Shown piece by piece: positions 26,694 to 32,000 of a stretch of DNA of 32,000 bases. This DNA is from Alkanindiges sp. WGS2144 (GTDB taxonomy: Bacteria; Pseudomonadota; Gammaproteobacteria; Pseudomonadales; Moraxellaceae): the NCBI RefSeq assembly GCF_043950625.1, contig NZ_CP171007.1. One strand, 5' to 3'. How positions within the stretch are numbered: position 1 is the first letter of the stretch; each line of letters starts with the position of its first letter. A model generated the notes under the pieces. The model searched no databases. It was not told where the DNA came from and saw nothing but the letters and a program-made list of their open reading frames with translations. The position numbers were made by a program, and so were the translations under genes.

Positions 26694-27182
26694 CTATTCT
26701 GGTTGCGGCTCGATCTGGCAAAGGAGTGGGTGGCCTTGCGAACGCGCGTAGTTGTTTACCTGTTGCGCTTTGGTTTCTGCAATATCGCGCGGATAGATGC
26801 CAGCAACTCCTCTACCTCTATAATGTACAGTTAGCATTACCTCAGTCGCACGGTCAAGATCAAGAGCAAAATAAACTTGTAATATTTCTATTACAAACTC
26901 CATGGGGGTATAATCATCATTAAATAGAATAACTGCATAAAAAGGCGGCTTCTTCAGCTGCGGTGGAGCAGTAACAACATCCAGATTTTCCTGACTGTTA
27001 TCATTAGGATCCTCTACAGCCATACAGATTAAGGGAGTGTTTGAATGATGATTGCCCTGTGTTTTAGGTAAATGCCAGTCAACCAGTCCCTGCTGTAAAA
27101 ATGCCTGCTTATTGGCACGCAAAAGCGCTCGCTGTGCTTTGTTCTTCATAGAGCGCCTGAACAATTTTTGCGCATCCAACAT
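26694..27182 (-). CDS. clpS: ATP-dependent Clp protease adaptor ClpS (start uncertain; possibly with a long N-terminal extension)
   Basis: The core [80 protein letters not shown] is unmistakable ClpS. Candidate starts are ATG 27182 (162 aa, GAGG 8 nt upstream), ATG 27149 (151 aa) and ATG 27023 (109 aa, no SD). Confidence 0.85.
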   Translation of the reverse strand: MLDAQKLFRRSMKNKAQRALLRANKQAFLQQGLVDWHLPKTQGNHHSNTPLICMAVEDPNDNSQENLDVVTAPPQLKKPPFYAVILFNDDYTPMEFVIEILQVYFALDLDRATEVMLTVHYRGRGVAGIYPRDIAETKAQQVNNYARSQGHPLLCQIEPQPE

Positions 27183-27237
27183 TCATTTAACCTCATATCC
27201 AAACTTAAAGTACATTTCTAAAAATCACACGACTGAT

Positions 27238-27984
27238 TTAGTCAGCATTTGCCTCAGCCTGTGGAATTTCCGACAAAATAGCTGGCATATCATTAATGGC
27301 AGTGCCGCGCTCCCAGGCATAACGCTTGGTTACCCCATTACCAAGGCGCACTTCCAGATATTCAGGATTAAAACCACTAGGCATAGTCCAGCGTCCGGTC
27401 AGCCGCTCAAAGCTGTCAAAACTATAGGAGTTATCCGCCATAGGTACCACCAGAATATTATCCTTGCTGATCAGGCGAATCTGCGCTGTGCCACTTGCAC
27501 GACGTTTATTGGGTTGCAGCTGCATCAAGTCAAGCCGGTATTCGTAGGCTCTGTCAGGTAAGGGCTTGATGCTGATATCCTGTACCGTTAAAGCCACCCC
27601 ACCACGCAAACGCAGAATTTCACGGTAAATGTCCCGCTGATGCTCAGTTTGCTCGCGCAGGTCAGTTTCCTTGCGCAGGCTGCTGCTCAAATCCTGTACG
27701 CTGGCTAAAGCCACGTCCCGCTCCTGTACAGCCGTATTTAACCCGGTATTAAGAATATTAATTGCCTGCTTTTGCTCCTGTACCACCTCGTTTAACTGCT
27801 CAGCATCAGCACTGAAGCCAACCGCTGTCAAACCTTGCTGATGCCCAATGGAATAACCGATCAGCAGGCACCCTCCCCCGACAATAGTGCCGCCCAGTAC
27901 AATCGGCAAATTAGACCGTATAAACCGTTTAAAAGCGGATGGCGACTTGTGTTCCATGATTAATGGTTGTTCTGCATCACTCAT
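27238..27984 (-). CDS. Membrane-anchored coiled-coil protein, function unknown
   Basis: The track ORF starts at a TTG (28017); ATGs occur at 27984 (MSDAEQPL...) and 27957 (MEHKSP...). One TM helix (LPIVLGGTIVGGGCLLIGYSIG), a ~70-aa coiled coil (AEQLNEVVQEQKQAINILNTGLNTAVQERDVALASVQDLSSSLRKETDLREQTEHQRDIYREIL), then a ~120-aa beta-rich domain (VALTVQDISIKPLPDRAYEYRLDLMQLQ...RWTMPSGFNPEYLEVRLG). Confidence 0.6.
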   Translation of the reverse strand: MSDAEQPLIMEHKSPSAFKRFIRSNLPIVLGGTIVGGGCLLIGYSIGHQQGLTAVGFSADAEQLNEVVQEQKQAINILNTGLNTAVQERDVALASVQDLSSSLRKETDLREQTEHQRDIYREILRLRGGVALTVQDISIKPLPDRAYEYRLDLMQLQPNKRRASGTAQIRLISKDNILVVPMADNSYSFDSFERLTGRWTMPSGFNPEYLEVRLGNGVTKRYAWERGTAINDMPAILSEIPQAEANAD

Positions 27985-28023
27985 GCTATGGTTATCCAAT
28001 ATTCCATTAATAAACAAACAACC

Positions 28024-28059
28024 GGCATTGAAGCGTTTTATTCATAACCTATCAATGCC
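28024..28059 (-). terminator. Candidate terminator hairpin after argC
   Basis: GGCATTGA ... TCAATGCC 8-bp perfect stem with a 20-nt loop. On the minus strand it is followed by GGTTGTTTGTTT. The large loop and interrupted U-tract make it weak. Confidence 0.3.
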
Positions 28060-28112
28060 AGATTGTAATCATCTTTTTGAATCAATTCGTTAAATTAGCG
28101 ACCACAATCTAC

Positions 28113-29168
28113 TCAAGGCAATAGCGGCACTACATTAAGACCTGTGGTTTCCGGCAGATCAAACATCAGATTCATATTTTGCACTGCCTGTCCGGACGCT
28201 CCTTTAACCAGATTATCCTGCGCTACCAGAATTACTAGCGTATCACCATTATTAGGACGATACAGGGCGATACGCAGCTGATTGGATCCCCGTACTGACC
28301 GGGTTTCTGGCAGGCTACCCGCAGGCATCACATCCACAAATGGCTCATCAATAAAAGTTTTCTCAAATAAAGCCTGTAGGTCAGCTTGCCTTCCCACATC
28401 ATTGAGTTTGACATACATGGTAGTAAACATGCCGCGAATCATGGGTACCAGATGCGGTACAAAAATCATCTGCTCAAACCAATGCTGTTGTCCACCTGCT
28501 GCGGTCAGACCCTGCACAATTTCAGGATGATGGCGATGACCTTTTACCGCGTAGGCTTTAAAGTTATCACTTGCCTCAGAAAATAGCAGACTGGTTTCTG
28601 CCTTGCGTCCGGCACCGGACACTCCTGATTTGGCATCAACAATTAATGTCTCAAAATTTACCAAAGCTTGTGAGGATTTCAGCAAAGGCAACAGGCCAAG
28701 CTGTACCGTGGTGGGATAACAGCCGGGATTGCCCACAATACGCGCTGTTTTGATAGCACGACGGTTGATTTCCGGCAGGCCATATACTGATTCCTCCAGC
28801 AGGTCTGGGCAGGCATGCGGCATGGCATACCATTTTTCAAATTCTGCTGTATTTTTTAAGCGAAAATCAGCAGCCAGATCAATAATTTTAACCCCGGCAT
28901 CCACCAATGATCTGGCCTGCTTCATAGCTACCCCATGCGGCGTAGCAAAAAATACGACGTCGCAGTATTTAAGCGCATCTTCATCCATATTGGAAAACTC
29001 AAGATCAGTTAACCCGCGCAAGCTGGGGAACATGGTATCTACACGGGTTCCAGCTTCAGTACGTGAGGTCAAGGCCTTAATTTGCACATTAGGATGTCGG
29101 AGCAATATCCGCACTAGCTCGACACCTGTATAGCCTGTTCCACCCACAATACCTACCGAAATCATCAC
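28113..29168 (-). CDS. argC: N-acetyl-gamma-glutamyl-phosphate reductase
   Basis: 351 aa. [25 protein letters not shown]-binding N-terminus, catalytic [21 protein letters not shown] and [16 protein letters not shown]. Confidence 0.93.
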   Translation of the reverse strand: MMISVGIVGGTGYTGVELVRILLRHPNVQIKALTSRTEAGTRVDTMFPSLRGLTDLEFSNMDEDALKYCDVVFFATPHGVAMKQARSLVDAGVKIIDLAADFRLKNTAEFEKWYAMPHACPDLLEESVYGLPEINRRAIKTARIVGNPGCYPTTVQLGLLPLLKSSQALVNFETLIVDAKSGVSGAGRKAETSLLFSEASDNFKAYAVKGHRHHPEIVQGLTAAGGQQHWFEQMIFVPHLVPMIRGMFTTMYVKLNDVGRQADLQALFEKTFIDEPFVDVMPAGSLPETRSVRGSNQLRIALYRPNNGDTLVILVAQDNLVKGASGQAVQNMNLMFDLPETTGLNVVPLLP

Positions 29169-29310
29169 TCACTCCGCATGCAAATCTGATCAGGCTGTAG
29201 TATGACAGGAAGATTGCCCTGACAAAACTACCGATTGTAGTAGACGTATGGCTTTTTTTGTTCTTAAATAGCCACTAGGACAAAAGACACAATAATTCAG
29301 GAGCGCGCGG

Positions 29311-31008
29311 ATGCCCCCGTTTTCACCTTACTCTTGCTTATCAACCCTTCGCCTAACCGGATTGAGCAAAGCTATTGTTGTTGGCTTAAGCTCAGCCTTA
29401 CTGCTAGGTGGCTGCGGTAGCGATGGCCCCACTACCCGTATTGATAATCCTACGGATACCCAAAAGCCCGAGACTCCGGTCAAATTAACAGTACGCTCTG
29501 CCGTTAAAGTAAAAAATGCTGTAGTTCGCCTGATTAATGTGGCAGATGGTAAAGAAATAGATAAAAAAACAATAGCAGATGGCTCAGAGCTGGTTTTTGA
29601 AATCAAGGCTTCCAGCTATGCAGGGCGCTTGCTTCTGGCCGAAATCTCCGGGCAAGACAATACCAGTTCTTACTTTGAGCCCACTTTAGGCAAATTTGCC
29701 CCATTTACCGGCGCACTGCATGTTACTTTTACCATATTGAATACTGACGGCTCCATCATGGTCAGCCCTTTTACAGAAATTGCCTATCAGCGTGCTTTAG
29801 TCAGGGCAAATAGCCTGGATAGTAGCAAGTCCGACCTTAGTGCTCTTGATGCCAGAGAAGTGATTTCCGTAGTAACAAATGCTAATAATGAAGTGTATAG
29901 TGCGTTTCATGTCAATCCAACTGCGCTGGTGCCTGCTATTGACAGCATGGATAATTTGCGTAAATTTATTCTGGATCCAAGCGATGTTAAGAAACCGCTT
30001 AACTCTACTACTCAATATTTAAATATGTTCTATGGGCTAGGACATTTTAATCTTCAGCATCTGGAAAACCAGAATGATCCTACACCTTTACTAAGCTTTA
30101 CCCGGCGTGCAGCCCAGGATATGCGAGACGGCAATCTGGACGGAATGGGGTTATCTGGTGACGGGATAAACAGTACAGTATTTTTAAAAAATCCTATAGT
30201 TAGCCCACAAATAGTTAATACTAATCCTCGACTCTCCAGTAGAGAGGACTTTCAAAAAGCTCAGGAAGCCACTCAAAAAAATTATGCTGAGCGCCTAAAA
30301 CCAGCGATTTTAAGCTTCCTTGAAAACACCTTAAAAAGTACCGATAAGCCAGGTATCGAATACTTTAAAACAGTTGATTACCTCAGTGGAGCGCATGACA
30401 AGTACAATGAAAACCTACCATCTGTACCCTTCCCCCGCAGTCTGGGTGCAGGTAACTACAAACGGGCGTTTGGCTTAGGACAAATCAAACTTACCAAAAA
30501 TCTACAAACCACTCTGGATAACAATTGCCAAGAGATCACCGTTCCGGCAAATCCAGATGCTGGCAAAGAAGGTAGCGCCGATCAGTACGCTGAAATTGGC
30601 TGCCAAATCGGCGTACAGGCAAATACTAACCTCGGGGCTTATAATCCAATTGAAAATCTGGTAGGTGCCTACTCGACAGTTGACAATAGTTGTAAACTGG
30701 ATATCTATATCAATGGCAAGATTATATTGAGTAAAGGTAACCAAAGTTTTAATGGCAAGATCAATGGCTATGTATCAGATGCTATTATCCGCCTTACACC
30801 AGGTGCCGAAGAATATCTGTTAAATGTTGCCTCCTCGGAGCTTAACCCGCCAGAGTTTATCCAGATTCGTACGGAAGGGCAAAAAATTATATCAGCCACT
30901 GCAGGTGCAATGAATAGCAGCTCCAGCAACAGATATCCCAAGAAACTGGATCAGGAAAAACTGGTTTGTACCAACTTTAAAGCAGTGTTTGAAAAACCGA
31001 ATTCTTAA
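29311..31008 (+). CDS. Large lipoprotein, function unknown (565 aa)
   Basis: AGGAG 7 nt upstream of the ATG. Signal peptide plus lipobox ...VVGLSSALLLGG/CGSDG. N-terminal beta-sandwich-like segment (VKLTVRSAVKVKNAVVRLINVADGKEIDKKTIADGSELVFEIK), a long Asn/Ser/Thr/Gln-rich body, and four Cys in the C-terminal third (NNCQE, EIGCQ, DNSCK, LVCTN). No family recognised. By eye it is more AT-rich than the flanking genes. Confidence 0.7.
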   Translation: MPPFSPYSCLSTLRLTGLSKAIVVGLSSALLLGGCGSDGPTTRIDNPTDTQKPETPVKLTVRSAVKVKNAVVRLINVADGKEIDKKTIADGSELVFEIKASSYAGRLLLAEISGQDNTSSYFEPTLGKFAPFTGALHVTFTILNTDGSIMVSPFTEIAYQRALVRANSLDSSKSDLSALDAREVISVVTNANNEVYSAFHVNPTALVPAIDSMDNLRKFILDPSDVKKPLNSTTQYLNMFYGLGHFNLQHLENQNDPTPLLSFTRRAAQDMRDGNLDGMGLSGDGINSTVFLKNPIVSPQIVNTNPRLSSREDFQKAQEATQKNYAERLKPAILSFLENTLKSTDKPGIEYFKTVDYLSGAHDKYNENLPSVPFPRSLGAGNYKRAFGLGQIKLTKNLQTTLDNNCQEITVPANPDAGKEGSADQYAEIGCQIGVQANTNLGAYNPIENLVGAYSTVDNSCKLDIYINGKIILSKGNQSFNGKINGYVSDAIIRLTPGAEEYLLNVASSELNPPEFIQIRTEGQKIISATAGAMNSSSSNRYPKKLDQEKLVCTNFKAVFEKPNS

Positions 31009-31688
31009 ACGGTATACCACCAGCTCGGCAGCTTAAATCGCTTGAGCTGCTGGCGGTGGTTTAAATAATTTTTATCGACGCATTGCATTTCATACCAGAA
31101 TTTTGCTGAGTGATTAAGCTGACGGGTATGGCATAGTTCATGCAGGATAACATAATCCATCAACTCGATAGGCATAAGTATTAAAGCGGCATTTAAGCTA
31201 ATGGCCTGCCTGGCAGAACAGCTGCCCCAACGGGTTTTGGCATGACGAACCTGACAGCTGCTATAGCCAAAACTGTGCTGAACAGCAAGTTGCTGTAATC
31301 GCTGTGGCAAATGAGCTTTTGCCTGATCGCGCACCCAGCGCTTTAATAGGTGAGCTGCCTGTGCCGGATGCACGATCAATTGGTGATCTGTTATGGCTAA
31401 GCTGGCAGTACTGTGCGTGTCACATAAGTGAACTGCAAAACTTTGCCCTAATAGCGGCAGATTTATTTTTTCACCATCATATGGAGCTTGTTCTGCCATA
31501 TGGGGTGCATAATATTTATTCCATGTTTGAATCAGCCAGTTTTCCGACTCTTGTAAAAATGTCTGTATTTTTTGCTCTGAGGTATGAGGTGGTGTGGTTA
31601 AAAATATCTGATGATGGGCAATGTGCAGCTTTAAGCGGCGCGCATTGACTTTAACACGCCGCTGAATGGCAGGAATTTTCATCTCCAA
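31005..31688 (-). CDS. YgjP-like / M48-family zinc metallohydrolase (DUF45)
   Basis: 227 aa. HExxH motif in MDYVILHELCHTRQLNHSAKFW near the C-terminus, and WGSCSARQAISLNAALI preceding it, both typical of the YgjP/SprT-like DUF45 family. Confidence 0.85.
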   Translation of the reverse strand: MEMKIPAIQRRVKVNARRLKLHIAHHQIFLTTPPHTSEQKIQTFLQESENWLIQTWNKYYAPHMAEQAPYDGEKINLPLLGQSFAVHLCDTHSTASLAITDHQLIVHPAQAAHLLKRWVRDQAKAHLPQRLQQLAVQHSFGYSSCQVRHAKTRWGSCSARQAISLNAALILMPIELMDYVILHELCHTRQLNHSAKFWYEMQCVDKNYLNHRQQLKRFKLPSWWYTV

Positions 31689-31713
31689 TACGGAACCTGG
31701 TCTTTACCTGGGC

Positions 31714-32000
31714 TTACTCTGGTTTTAGCTCACGTACACCATTCTCACCGGCAATGAGCGCAAGGCTCGCGCCTTGTGCGGCAAAAATGCCGTTAGTCAC
31801 TACACCTGGAATATTATTAAGCGCCTGCTCCATTTCTATAGGGTTTAAAATATCCAGATTAAAAATATCCAGAATGACATTGCCATTATCAGTAACCACG
31901 CCTTCACGATAGGCTGGATCACCGCCCAGTGCGACAATTTTGCGTGCTACACTAGAGCGTGCCATGGGAATGACCTCAACTGGTACCGGAAAATCCCGCC
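31714..32000 (-). CDS. rpiA: Ribose-5-phosphate isomerase A, C-terminal ~95 aa (gene continues past window end)
   Basis: The reverse frame is open to position 32000: ...[94 protein letters not shown]. It is collinear with the E. coli RpiA C-terminus ([17 protein letters not shown]...[12 protein letters not shown]...IPGVVTVGLFA). The track ORF 31714..31965 starts at an internal Met. Confidence 0.9.
   Translation of the reverse strand, partial: RDFPVPVEVIPMARSSVARKIVALGGDPAYREGVVTDNGNVILDIFNLDILNPIEMEQALNNIPGVVTNGIFAAQGASLALIAGENGVRELKPE

Noticed and set aside
29169-29310. Looked for ArgR ARG boxes (TGAAT-4-ATTCA) upstream of argC, and likewise at 2835-3003 upstream of argF
   Set aside because: There is only a single half-site (AATAATTCA near 29292). 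It is adjacent to the lipoprotein SD rather than argC, and no paired 18-bp boxes are present.
1-32000. Scanned for CRISPR arrays, IS or transposase and integrase genes, terminal inverted repeats, rRNA, and known defence or toxin-antitoxin modules
   Set aside because: No regularly spaced repeats, no transposase, recombinase or integrase-like ORF, and no paired small ORFs with TA-like architecture. The window is essentially core metabolism and proteostasis genes.

Overview
The window looks like a core chromosomal segment of a gammaproteobacterium, most likely Moraxellaceae (Acinetobacter-like). This placement rests on a CsrA with a long acidic/His-rich C-terminal tail and on alaS-lysC-csrA and aroQ-accB-accC synteny; it is inferred from protein sequences only, with no database search. 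I call 31 protein-coding genes, two of them truncated at the window edges. Most are housekeeping: argF, aroQ-accB-accC, aroC, prmB, alaS, lysC, csrA, rnhB, lpxB, a long-form KAS III, yebC, ynfA, clpS-clpA, argC and rpiA. The left end holds a divergent EmrA-type efflux adaptor and a tetR-tolC-like pair. I found no rRNA, tRNA, CRISPR array, IS element, integrase or recognisable defence or toxin gene. I cannot point to a convincing novel multi-gene system. The loci most worth a second look are all uncharacterised. (1) A divergent pair with almost no intergenic DNA: a Cys-rich Zn-ribbon protein (DUF2797-like, with a GIY-YIG/T5orf172-like segment) and an unknown 170-180 aa protein (21596-23002). 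(2) An AT-rich, mostly ORF-free stretch with one orphan 90-aa gene directly downstream of csrA (17107-17794). (3) A 565-aa orphan lipoprotein whose stop codon overlaps that of a convergent YgjP-like metallopeptidase (29311-31688). (4) An extremely basic, low-complexity mini-lipoprotein (19902-20150). (5) A 550-bp AT-rich ORF-free region between mgtC and aroQ. Several regulatory signals can also be read directly: GGA motifs in the csrA leader, a palindromic operator candidate, translational coupling, and intrinsic terminators. All similarity statements are my own recognition of motifs and remembered family sequences, not search results.
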